Source: Octopus bimaculoides
Lineage: Eukaryota
Assembly (NCBI RefSeq): GCF_001194135.2
Contig: NC_068987.1
Location: 58,217,644-58,278,021 of the forward strand
Direction: 5' to 3'
DNA: 60,378 nt
A model generated the notes under the pieces. That model did not search any database. It was not told where the DNA came from and saw nothing but the letters and a program-made list of their open reading frames with translations. Position 1 is the stretch's first letter. The number at the start of each line of letters is the position of its first letter. The position numbers and the translations under genes were made by a program. Shown in pieces: positions 48,426 through 60,378 of this stretch.

Positions 48426-48669
48426 AATGTTAACGTAAAACAATTTTCATTTCTAGAGTAAATTTTCAATATCTAACTATAAATAACGTTGTTGAATTAA
48501 ATAAAACAGTCTAATGATATCTTGGAAGCTCAATAGTTGATATTGATAAAAAGACTTTAAATAAGATTAGTTAGAATAACAAAGGCAATATTATTTCTCG
48601 TGTTATCTGAATTTAATTCAGACAGAACATTGGTGTGACATAATGAAATATAACGCAAATATTTTCAGC

Positions 48670-49159
<490 letters not shown>

Positions 49160-49174
49160 ATATATATGTATATA

Positions 49175-49305
49175 CGGTCACTCCTGTAGTTTTGAGGCTT
49201 TTTCAGGAGTGACATTTCTTAATTTCAAAGAAATACAAAACACTGATCACCTTCAAAGTAGTATCCCCTGACTTCAATGCACTCGTTGTTGTGCTCCAGT
49301 GAAAC
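49175..49305 (-). mobile_element. Mariner 3' end fragment (transposase C-terminus and TIR)
   Basis: Minus strand encodes ECIEVRGYYFEGD (mariner CI..xGxYFE terminus); TA|CGGTCACTCCTGTAGTTTTGAGG end. Confidence 0.7.
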
Positions 49306-49369
49306 AATATTCACTTTTGACATGTCATACCGAACCACTCTAAAAGATTACTCCGGGATCGCATTAGGC

Positions 49370-49522
49370 AAGAAGTTGAAAAATGTTTGACCCGTGACAC
49401 TCCATGCACCTTAAGTAATGCATGTGTAAAATTTGAATGAAATCGGTTGGGTAGTTTTCGAGTTTTAAGGATTTATACATACAGACGCATACACACACGC
49501 ATTTTCAATTTTATATATATAT
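49370..49522 (+). mobile_element. Probable non-autonomous Helitron/Helentron-type fragment
   Basis: aaatttgaatgaaatcggttgggtagttttcgagtt..acagac..acacac..ttttatatatata resembles the 3' part of such elements (recall). Confidence 0.45.
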
Positions 49523-49710
49523 ACAAATCAGTAGAAAGTTACAAAAGTGTTTCAAAGAACTAGATTTTTGCAAACTGACTTTGAGAAATGCCATACACAA
49601 ATTCTTGCCGATTGAAAATAAAAAAATATATTTATACATTGAGTTGTTTATCCTGTTTTGCTTTATTGAATGTGTGCATGTGTGTGTTTGTGTGTGTGTG
49701 TGTGTGTGTT

Positions 49711-49743
<33 letters not shown>

Positions 49744-52204
49744 GCGTGTGCGTGCGTGTGTTGCGATAGTTAAGTCATGAATCATTATGCTTTGAGTTCA
49801 TATCTCACAAATATAATAGTGTTTTTCAGCTATCAAGGTCGATAAAATAATTAGGGCTCATAGAGATAACTCTAACTTTCATTTGAAGCAAATACTAGAA
49901 TCAATATAATTGACATAACTCAAGACAGTGAATGCTCCAGCTTGGCTGTAGGTTAAAGATTAAGGCCCTAAAAAGCAGAATAAAACAATAATATGAAAGA
50001 CATCTTATACATTTGGAAAGATATATCTTAGTTTATCCGCCCAAACAGAAGCTTTAGTTTAAGCTAAGAAATCAGTATTTCAAGATCAATGAAACTCAAT
50101 ATATTAAACTCAGAACACAGTGGCAAAATCCTGTTCATATTTAATAATAAAAAGCTATATAATCTTTAAGCATTATGAATCTTTACGTAGACGTATGAAT
50201 TGCGACTTCTTTATTACGCATTGATTATTTAGCCTGTTTATTCAACTAAATTATGAAGAGAACAATATGAATTCTAATTTGAAATTGGCAATGATTAGCA
50301 TCATTAACCTATTTTAATATCGTGACCTAAACCTGAGCATTATCATTTTAATTACTAACTCTTTCATGGTTTCTGTTTAATTTGCATAAAATTTTTGTTG
50401 TCTTGTTGCTGGTGGTAGTGGTTATTTTCCATTATAAATATAAATTTGATGCAATATTAGCATTGCTGATATAAATTTTATTTTGTAGTTTTATTCATAC
50501 AATGCTGAAAATAAAAGTAAAGCAATATTTATTGACTTAGATCCAAATATGATTAAAGTGGTTACAGTTTGAATTTAATAATTCCCATGCTAACTATAAA
50601 CTCATCTCATATGCTCATAATTGTTTTAATTCCTATTAACATGAGTTTATTCATTTAGAAAAGCCCTCGTACAATGATAATTACGTGCTCCAGGACAACC
50701 ATAGATCTAGTACGTGAGAAGTATCTATGAAGAAGATTAGTTCATATTCTATCGATTAAAAGGCACAGATGTTCGAAGACCTCATGGCTCATATCCAGTC
50801 ACTGAAATTATGTAATCAATGCCCTAAATCAAGACACATGAGTTTCGCAACTGAGTTATTATGGGATGTATTTCGTTTGTTTTAGTGAGTTCAGATCATT
50901 CTTTGAGATTGGAGAAAGCTATCATGAGCTACTTGCGGTACTCAACATCATCAGAGTAAGATCTCAGTCGATTAGATAAGCTTTGCAATTAAACGTTGAC
51001 CATGTTTTAGATTGTGAGCCGTTGCGTTACAGCTCTTGTGTAAAAGCCTATACTACATTCAACTCATCAGCAGCGGAAAAAGCATCTCCATCTTCGGTTC
51101 CAATGACAACCAAAACATAATTGCTAATGAAATTGTTTTGGACAAATGCTAAAACTATTACTATAATGACCCAAATTATTTGCGAGTTCACATTTTTCTA
51201 TTGCGGCTTATAATATTAAGCAGTACCTGCCATTCGTATCCCTTTACATTTTAGCGCTCTGAGCCACTGAGAGCTACTTGTCTTGCACAGCACAGTTCCG
51301 TTGGCAGAACTCAATCCGTTCATCTTTAAGTCGGTAGTACGTCATCTTGTCCAGCAGCGATGTAAATTGAAGTAGTTTGATGCAAAATAAGTAAACTGTG
51401 TATACTTGTATGACTAGAATTTGTTCCATATTTGAAAAAAATATACTTATTTGAGTCCTTCAATTCTGTGTCTTACTACAGACTATGTCATCGATTTCGC
51501 TTGTGTCACATTCTATGAAATCTGATGATGACACTGTGTGTGAGAACAATCAACCTTTCCAGTCACAGAGAAAGACATGAAAAGAAAAAAATAAACTAAA
51601 TGGCTAAACTAGGAATCGGAACAGCATCACAAACTCAAATATCCATATCTTGTCACGAGCATCGGCACCACGCAGTCATTAAGTATCACACGGCAGTTAA
51701 TATACTGTTGTATGCAATGAAAAAATCGTAAAATCGGCAAGGTTTTGTCAATTTGAAATGCTAAGTTCAACTCGCTGAGGAAAAGTTAACAGCTATAGAC
51801 TATCTACATATCTAGGATGAGATTTTCCTACCAGCAACTTACTACTGTAGGAAACCGGATTGCCGCATTTCCAGGCTCTTGAGACACTACAAGTAATAGG
51901 ACGTATACTTTAATTATCAATGTATATTTTAAGAAAAAAGTCTCATTAAATTAAATTACATATTTTCTAAGATCTATTTTTTATAAATATTTAATTTAGA
52001 ACAAAATAATTATGCATTAACACACATTAGTATACTGCTACTGTAGATACTGCCTACAAAACTGTCTCCTGGGCTTGTTTACTTTGCAAGTATCCGTGCA
52101 GGAGTTTCAGAGATAGTGCCAGCTCTCAATTATCTCTGTTTCCCATTAGTCTCCAATTCAAAGTGTGAAGATTAATAGTGCGCCTACGTTGCTAATAAAT
52201 TCAA

Positions 52205-52240
52205 AGGGAGAGTGAGAGAGGGAGAGAGAGAGAGACAGAC

Positions 52241-52284
<44 letters not shown>

Positions 52285-52410
52285 GCAGGCAGAGACAGAC
52301 AGAGACAGAGAGACAGAGAGACATTCATGCATACATACAGACAGACAGATAGATCAAGGGAGAGAAGGAAAGAGAGGGAAGAGGGAAGAGAGAGAGAGAA
52401 AGTGTCAGAG
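52205..52410. repeat. (GA)n/(GACA)n microsatellite
   Basis: Directly visible. Confidence 0.9.
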
Positions 52411-52817
52411 AAAAGACTCTTCTCACTTTTCTATTTTAAGACTTTTTCGTGGCTGCTGCAGATAGTTGACGACCGTGTGTTTACTTTACTAACATCTATT
52501 AACATATTCATCAATCACTGTCGTCATTTCACCTCTATCATTGCTGCTAGGTATTTCTTAGTCTCGCTAACTTCATAGAAAAGTTCATCTTCGGTGCCAT
52601 CATGGGCACTACTGACTTACGCATTGTTTTAATATCTTGGTTGTTATTTCTCTTACAGCTGCCTATGATTAATATAACCATTGATATACCTAGGCTTTAG
52701 ACATCTTGTTCGGAGAGCGAGTTATTAATTTGTAGTGGTCATTCGCGGGTTTCAATCTTCTTACATAAAACTTTTTAGCTTTAGTGGGGGAAAATGAATA
52801 GTTTTGTGATTGAATTA

Positions 52818-53012
52818 ATGGCTTCAAATTTTGACACAAGGCCAGCAATTTTTGGTGGAGTGGGGTTAAGTCGATTACATCGACCCCAGTACTCAACTGA
52901 TACTTATTTTATAGGCCCTGAAAGGATGAAAGGCAAAGTCGACTTCGGTGGAATTTTGACTCAGAACGTACTGCTAAGCGTTTTCCCGGCCTATAAACGA
53001 TTCTGCGAGTAG
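52818..53012 (-). mobile_element. SINE family A copy with internal deletion
   Basis: gacacaaggccagc..ggatgaaaggcaaagtcgacttcggtgg. Confidence 0.85.
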
Positions 53013-55244
53013 CTTTGTTCGTCTTGACCGAAAATAATAAGTAGTTGTAGCTATAACGTTAGATCATTGGCGACATATATTTGTTTAATCTTTAATTGTT
53101 CATTGTCTGACATCGTTTTTGTAATTGCAAACTTAAGCGAGATAGTTGTTGATACTTTTTTTTTTTTTACCTTGTTGAAGATATTGCTCTGGAAATATAT
53201 TCCAGGTCTGGTAAATGTTAATACACATTTAAGGATACAGCTGCCTTGTGTGGATGTGGGGAAATATATGTCTACTCACCCTCTGATACTGAAATTTTCC
53301 GTAACACTGAGCAGTTTCCGATTTCTTACATCCCTCTAAGCCTTAAGATAGGCATGGCAAATTGTTATATATGCATGTTATATTCTGAGTCCTAATGGCC
53401 GTGTTTTCTTTACTATCTTGAGGTACTCCTCACTCTCTTCTAGTGAAAGGTTACATTATACTTGTCTCAGATATGAAAATTCTCTTCTTTTCCAAAATAC
53501 TTGTAGTTCTCACCAGTATGTAAACGCTGTATTGTCAAGCAGCGCTCGTTTGGACGGTTTTTTTTTTTGGGGGGGGGGGGAGTGTACACACGTTTTCTTA
53601 GCTTTATCATTAGATCTGCACATTATGACCCAATTTTATGGAATCTTGGTTGATGAGATCCAAGAGGTCGTCTATAAAGAAAAACATCAGAAATGTGTCT
53701 GAATCCATTGTATCCATTTATATAAACCATACTTTGTGAATAGGTGTGATAAGAGATTTAATGAGAGGACAAATGGTAGTACTTATGTTCTTTCCATATA
53801 TTTTTATCAAACCTGACAAAATATAACATGAAATTCTTGAAAGAATAAATATCCTGTCATAAGATCTAGGCTTTGGGATTTGTTTTCTGTGTCATTTTCT
53901 TAAGGAAGTCTCCAAAACTGTGCCCTTAATTTCACATTGTTTTTGTTCAACATACTTGTAGTATCTCTGTTCTAGTTCTTTCATTCACATACTTATCATA
54001 CTTAAATTTTATCACTTTTTCCCTCATATAAACTTCTAGTGGCTTCCAATGTGGTTTCTGATGGAGCGCCTTTCATAGAGATTGAGCTGTGTTGACGCTG
54101 AAGCAGCGACAAACTGATTTAGTACATCTGTCAAACAATCTGTCAAGCTTACCTACACATCCGCAATGTACAAGCTGAGTTGCTCGTAACAAAGTAAACA
54201 AATCCAAACCTGGGCTACGAAGACATCTACACAGGAATTTTATCCCACGGACTTTCCAATCATTTCTGTAAATATGCCGTGTTTCGTCTGTGGGGTTTAG
54301 TTTCGACTTTGTAAATTATCAACCAGTCTTAAGAATCAACTTACAGCACATGGGCGTATGACATTGAACAATTAGAGAGATCCCTGAATAATGGGGTAAG
54401 ATCAAGTAATCATCGTGTGTGCGTGTATCTGTGAATGAATGCATGTATGTATGTGCATGCATGCATACATGTCCACAGCATGTATACAATGCGTGGGTCT
54501 ATGTATTTTTATTTCTATATGTGCGTGTAAGCATACGTTTGTACGACTATAGCCATTTGTACGCACTACATATTAGATTTATGGACCGTTTTACATTTCT
54601 TCACAGTTCCCTTAACAGCTTGTAATTATAATTTCCTAGTCAACCAGTTACCTTCTGATTTTGAGAAACCCAACTTTTTAAGATTGGCACTGAGATATTT
54701 AGTTACTTTTCTAAATACACGAATGATCACGAGCCGATATTTGATAAAGTCTTTGAAAATTGAAAGTTCAACTCAATATCATTCTAAAACTAGACAGATA
54801 AACCAACAGATAAATTATTATATTTGTATTAAAATAATGAGTTCACTACAAAAAATCTTATATATGTCAGTATGTTTTGAAAGAAAAGAACAGGAATAAA
54901 TTTTAATCTTTAGATAAGTAAACAGAAGTTGCACATAAACAAAAAGATATTAATATATTAATCAGAATATCAAACACAACATTCTTAACTTAAAGTCTAT
55001 TCCAGAACATTACCGAGATTAAAGAATTAACAAATTGGATAAAAGATAATGGGAAATTAAGATACAGATCCTCTAAATAAACTGAATAATAAAGAATTGA
55101 AATAATAATAAAGAATTGAAAAACTAAGATATAACTCCATTGATACTTCAGCATCCCTATGATTTTATTTAATCTACTTATCTAGTATTTTAGAACTTAC
55201 GACTTATAGGAGATATAGCTGTATTTCCAAAGAATGGTCTGTTT

Positions 55245-55745
55245 GGTAACAAAGTGGTAAGAGTCGTAAGTGAGTCGTAGAGTATGTCTTGCGGTAGTCG
55301 TCTTGGCTTTCGGAGTTCAAATTCTGCTAAAGTCAATTTTAACTTTAATCTGTTGGAGGAATTGATAAAGTGTTAGTCTAGAGCGATAGGTTGGCGAAAT
55401 TTTTATTAACATCGACGGGATGTCATGCGGGCTTTTTTCTGGTTCTGTGCGTGAACACACTATTCAAATCAAAGCTGACCAGCGTGGGCAGATATGTCTA
55501 CATCCAGCAATGGTGTGCTAAGGATTTCTCTAGCACGGAACCGACTGTCAGCCCACGGCTCTTCTCAGGGCCTTGGGCTGACAGTCAGTTTGAGTTCTAA
55601 GTTACAGTCCTACTAACATCAGCCTGGCTTTTCTCCTGCCGGAAGTCGATAAAACAAGTATCAGTAATATACTTGGCTCGACTTTAAATGACTACGCTCT
55701 CCCTCAAAATATCTGCCCATTTATCTTTGTTAGAAATCAATATAC
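55245..55745 (+). mobile_element. Two old degenerate SINE family A copies (~55245-55400, ~55560-55745)
   Basis: gagttcaaattctgctaaagtc and gtcgataaaacaagtatcag remnants. Confidence 0.55.
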
Positions 55746-56834
55746 TACTTTGTGTCTTTGATTGAACGGCAGTTTATTTAAATATGCTGTTAGTGCCCCT
55801 TTATGAATAAAATATTACTTTACCTTTTACATGTTTGTCCAGTGAAATAACAGTTGGTTTGAATACGAAACTTAACTTTATACTAGAAGCACTCTATCCT
55901 TCAAAGATAGTTTCAAGTTAAAACATTAAAATAAAAGGATATATGGTGTTTTCCATGGTTCTTGCTATACACTTTACAACAAAAAATATGTTCTGTGCAA
56001 ATAAAGTAAGTGCCGCAATTTCTCTACTTGATTCAAACCGTTTCCTTTCAGATATACTTGGAATGAGAAGAATGAAATGAACTTCCCAAAACCAAGTATA
56101 TTCTCCTGGAAATATAGAGATTTAGTTCTTGAGATGAAAAAAATTACTATTTCTGAGCGAGGACTGCAAAGAAGGAGACTATGATAGTTTTACATCCTAA
56201 ATGAAGTTCATTCATTTCACTTATGATGATATTTTTGAAAAAGACATGGAACAGCATAAATTCCTATTGTAAAACCTTGGATCTATCTAACAAGTCAATA
56301 CTCTATCCTTGTGGAAGGAAGTGGTACTGTTGTAACTGTTAAAAACCGAATTGAAGCATTTGCCCTTTGTTTGTCCTGTGTATCCCATGATATACACGAG
56401 ACATATTCTCTATACGTCCATGCATCATATATGATACACATTCCCACTTGTTTTCAACCACCAGAGTAACTTGGGATTTATATTACTCAGAAAGGATGAA
56501 ACAAAGACTAAGTCTGAAAACAAGCATGGACGTTTCGAAGTTCAGAACAAACTTATGAAAATGCTTTGGACAGGCAAAGGATTATTCAACCATGTTCGAA
56601 ATTCAGATTAAACTGAGACTAACTTTGACTTTTGTCTGAATGGTAACAATAAAGTATTTGGCATATTCACTAAATTGATTCTTTACTGTTTAATCATTGA
56701 GGGAAGGAGGGTGACCATATTCTATTATTTTTGCAGGGTATAAGTGACTGTTGAAGGAAAAGAGGAAATTGTCCACTAACCGGAAATCTGACCCAAATAT
56801 TTGCAATTGCGTGAACTTCGCTAAAGGTACCCAA

Positions 56835-57030
56835 AGAACTTGTAGGTGTGTTAAACTGGGCAGAACAAATAGCACAAGGTATTCTTGCCCGGCATCCTAA
56901 CAATTCCGCTATTCCACCGCGTTGGTCTGGTACTTTATTTAACGACTACCAAAGGACGAAAAGTAAAAGTAATCCCATCGGGGTTGAACTCAGAGCGCAG
57001 ACAGCCGGAATAAACAACGCAAATCATTTT
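56835..57030 (-). mobile_element. Old degenerate SINE family A
   Basis: ctggtactttatttaacgactaccaaaggacgaaaagtaaaagt..gttgaactcagagcg. Confidence 0.6.
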
Positions 57031-57399
57031 TTTCTCTATATTGATGTTCGAATTATATCTGCTCTGATCTACATATGAACCATGTAACGTCTCAAATTCA
57101 TACAAAACTGGCTCAGTTAATTTCGTACCAGTAATATACTGTCCGATAAAAAATATACTTGGAATATGTTGGCACTTAAATATCACTATCATATTTATAA
57201 TAAAAATAAGTACCAGTAAATGGATCTCCGTCGATGTCCACGATAAATGCTCCTACAACATTGTACCCATCAAATTAACTTGCAAGTAACTGAGTATTCT
57301 AGAAATACGCTAATCCTTAACGCAGTTCTCAGGGGTAATCAACAAAACAAAGTGTGTCAAAAGGCAGGCTCTTTTAATTACAGTTACAGTTCGACACCA

Positions 57400-57560
57400 C
57401 CGGTTTCATAACAGTTTCCGTTCACCGAATTTTACTCACAATGCTTGGAGCGACTCGAACCTTTGTTGACAGACACTTGGGTAAGGTACCACACAATTGA
57501 CTCGAAACTTTAGATCTCATGACTGCGAAGCAAACTTCTTAACCATTTGGCTTTGCCGTT
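57400..57560 (-). mobile_element. Old degenerate CORE-SINE family B
   Basis: cagtttccgttcaccgaattttactcacaatgcttg..gacacttgggtaaggtaccacac..gcaaacttcttaaccat. Confidence 0.6.
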
Positions 57561-57701
57561 CCCACCCCTGTACTGTTGATCTGTACATCGGGTAGCAAGA
57601 CGTCCCCAAAGATACCAGTTTGGGGCAAAATCTCTGCATCTTCCCGAATGTTGCTAATTTGCTTCAGATTTTCTTTGAAGGTGACACGCCATGTCCTCTT
57701 A

Positions 57702-57765
<64 letters not shown>
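57702..57765. repeat. (CT)n microsatellite
   Basis: Directly visible. Confidence 0.95.
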
Positions 57766-58289
57766 TCTCTCCTCTATCAACTCAGCCAAGATACTCGCAT
57801 GTCTCAGCTGAGTTGATAGCAGTTAAAACCGCTGTTCGAACGTGCGAGTCAGAAACCAAATTCGGACTACCTATCTACTGTTCCCTGTGCTGTATTTATA
57901 GTCAGCGGCGAGGTAGGCAATCTATTTTTAGTTATGGTGAAATCCTGCTGCTGATTTACAAAAAGGGCGCCATTTTAAGGTTTTCACTACTGGGGCTATC
58001 AATCTATTTTTAGCTTGCTGCTGCTTCCTAACTAACTCAATCTAAGGCTATGAATACAGTGCGTTAGTTATGTCTGGTGTCCGTTACAGTTCCTTTGGTG
58101 GTATCCGTTGTATAGTTGCTTAGGGTATTCGTTCTTCTTGTAGTAGGAAAACATGACCGCAGGTTTTTCTCTTCTCTCTCTGCCACTATCTCCTGCAGGC
58201 TGCGCAGATTGGCTCTTCTCAGGATTGGCTCTTCTCGGTTTGTGATTCTGTCCCTGTTTGTGATCTGGAGTACTCAGCGTAGATACCAG

Positions 58290-58538
58290 TACTAAAGGTA
58301 AAGTTTCCTTTTCGAGTTTCCTTTTACTGATCCCGATTTCCATGGCGTACATATTCCCCACCTGAACGAGACTCCAGTCCGTCACAGGAGTACTCATTTT
58401 TGCAAGCTGAGTGGACTGGAGCAACGGGAAATGAAGTATTTTGCTCAAGAACACAACGTGTCGCCCGGTTCAGGAATCGGAACCACAATCTTAAGATCAT
58501 GAGTCCAACACCCTAACCACTAAACCACGCGCCTCCAC
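58290..58538 (-). mobile_element. tRNA-CORE SINE with a V-domain-like segment (family E)
   Basis: Sense: GTGGAGGCGCGTGGTTTAGTGGTTAGGG head, GGTTCCGATTCC B-box, GTGTTCTTGAGCAAAATACTT CORE-like, CCTGTGACGGACTGGAGTCTCGTTCAGG (V-like by recall). Confidence 0.75.
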
Positions 58539-59107
58539 AGACACCATTAATGGAATACTTTCAACCTCTCCTTGATTTGTCTTGACACGACCTGTACCCA
58601 GTAACATATTAATCAATAAAGTACCAGTAATATGCTAAACATGACATAATCGCAGTTACTGTTTTATATTTAGCCATTTGCTTAGTCAAAAAAAAAAATC
58701 GATAATTCTTTCACAGCCGACTTTCCAAGACTATTTCGGTAATGAGCATAAAAGCTTTTGTAGTGGAATCCGAAGCCATGTTTCAGAGCATCTTAAAAGT
58801 GTTCCGGTTATAAAACAGGTATCGATCTGGAGAACCATATCATTTCTGGTTTTTCTTTTGAGATTTATTTATTTATTTATTTATTCATTTATTTATTTAC
58901 ATTTGCTTCTTGTTCGGAGTGATAAATTTATCTTCTAATCTAAAGATATAAAAATACGATATCTATCCTACTAGTTGTTATCATTATTTATGTTGCTGTC
59001 TTCATTATTGCTGTTGCTGTTGTGAATTAGCCCTAAGCCAGTGCTGAGCCAGCAGACCCACAAGGGTGACAATTCTGCCTTAATTTCTTATGAACTGTAA
59101 TATATCT

Positions 59108-59361
59108 GTGGAGGCGTAATGGCCCAGTGGTTAGGGCAGCGGACTCGCGGTCGTAGGATCGCGGTTTCGATTCCCAGACCGGGCGTTGTGAGTGTTTATT
59201 GGGGATGGTGGCGAACCCTGCTGTACTCTTTAACCACAACTTTCTGTCACTCTTACTTCCTGTTTCTGTTGTGCCTGTAATTCAAAGGGTCAGCCTTGTC
59301 ACACTCTGTGTCACGCTGAATCTCCCCGAGAACTGCGTTAAGGGTACACGTGTCTGTGGAG
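59108..59361 (+). mobile_element. SINE family C, internally deleted, running into gap
   Basis: Near-identical to the reverse complement of 3590-3870 except ~35 bp missing after gtgtttattg. Confidence 0.9.
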
Positions 59362-59954
59362 NNNNNNNNNNNNNNNNNNNNNNNNNNNNNNNNNNNNNNN
59401 NNNNNNNNNNNNNNNNNNNNNNNNNNNNNNNNNNNNNNNNNNNNNNNNNNNNNNNNNNNNNNNNNNNNNNNNNNNNNNNNNNNNNNNNNNNNNNNNNNNN
59501 NNNNNNNNNNNNNNNNNNNNNNNNNNNNNNNNNNNNNNNNNNNNNNNNNNNNNNNNNNNNNNNNNNNNNNNNNNNNNNNNNNNNNNNNNNNNNNNNNNNN
59601 NNNNNNNNNNNNNNNNNNNNNNNNNNNNNNNNNNNNNNNNNNNNNNNNNNNNNNNNNNNNNNNNNNNNNNNNNNNNNNNNNNNNNNNNNNNNNNTAGGCC
59701 GTATGGCCAATTTCATGAAATAAAGAAGCACTACATTAGCTAATGAATCCTTCTCAGTAGTGTGTCATTTGAAAGAGATTTGATTGGTTGTTCTTACAGG
59801 GCAAATGACCATGTAGAGACAACAGTATAGGCTCACTGTTGTTGTTGCTGTTAGAGATAGACTCCAGGTCAGTCCAAATGACGGCCATTATAGATTGTAT
59901 TATCGTTGTTTATATTAGCATAATCAACATCTTCCTCACTTTGAGACAAACGTC

Positions 59955-60378
59955 ATCGTGGTTGTCACCGTCGTCGTCGTCATTATCATCATCATCAACG
60001 TCATCATCATCATCATTATCATCACCGTCATTATCATCATTTCCATCATCGTCTTCGTTGTTTTCGTATTAATCATCATCGTAAATATAACTCAATCATA
60101 GTTAACAGTTTAACTACGAATATCAGGGAACAGCATCTCTGACTCCTCTTCTCCGACATTTTGTTAATCTTATTACTAATCGCCTACACTGTCCACTCTC
60201 CCCCTGCCACTTCACTCTTCTTCACCCACCTCTCACCATCATAATCATCTTTGTCATCTTCTTCTTCATCATCATCATCATCCTCATCCTCATCCTCATC
60301 TTCATCCCCTTCATCATCACTCCATCATTACAAGTACGATGAGTAGGATGATGATGACGATGATGAGGAGGAGGGGGA
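59955..60378. repeat. (CAT/CGT/CTT)n low-complexity tracts
   Basis: Directly visible trinucleotide runs. Confidence 0.85.

Noticed and set aside
58068-58454. 128-aa minus-strand ORF
   Set aside because: It starts inside a SINE and has no recognisable domain; at most a TE remnant (KNEYPKQL)
59955-60378. Possible acidic Asp/Glu-rich coding exon
   Set aside because: Degenerate trinucleotide repeat with stops and no splice or domain support

Overview
Animal genomic DNA, AT-rich and repeat-dense, with 10 N-gaps that mostly abut microsatellites. The SINE repertoire and microsatellite load resemble an octopus genome; this is recognition from memory, not a database hit. No host protein-coding gene, true tRNA/rRNA, CRISPR or operon can be supported, so the window is intergenic or intronic. 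Contents: (i) about 27 copies or fragments of one tRNA-derived SINE family (A), plus CORE-type and other tRNA-SINE families; (ii) decayed autonomous elements: two R4/Dong-type RT/REL fragments, a Tx1/L1-type RT fragment, at least five Penelope-like (RT/GIY-YIG) fragments, two mariner relics and a Helitron PIF1 helicase C-terminus; (iii) several MITE/fold-back elements, including a hAT-Charlie MITE with an 8-bp TSD. Best leads: two different minimal type-I hammerhead ribozyme motifs of the Penelope kind, one duplicated back-to-back in a ~240-bp fold-back (39781-40028) and one with a variant core (7584-7620); a 76-bp perfect spacer-less palindrome (49084-49159); a pre-miRNA-like hairpin (16629-16694); and a ~6.7-kb TE-free island (19790-26500) with transcription-factor motif clusters. 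Repeat boundaries were read by eye (about +/-10-20 bp) and family names are from recall.
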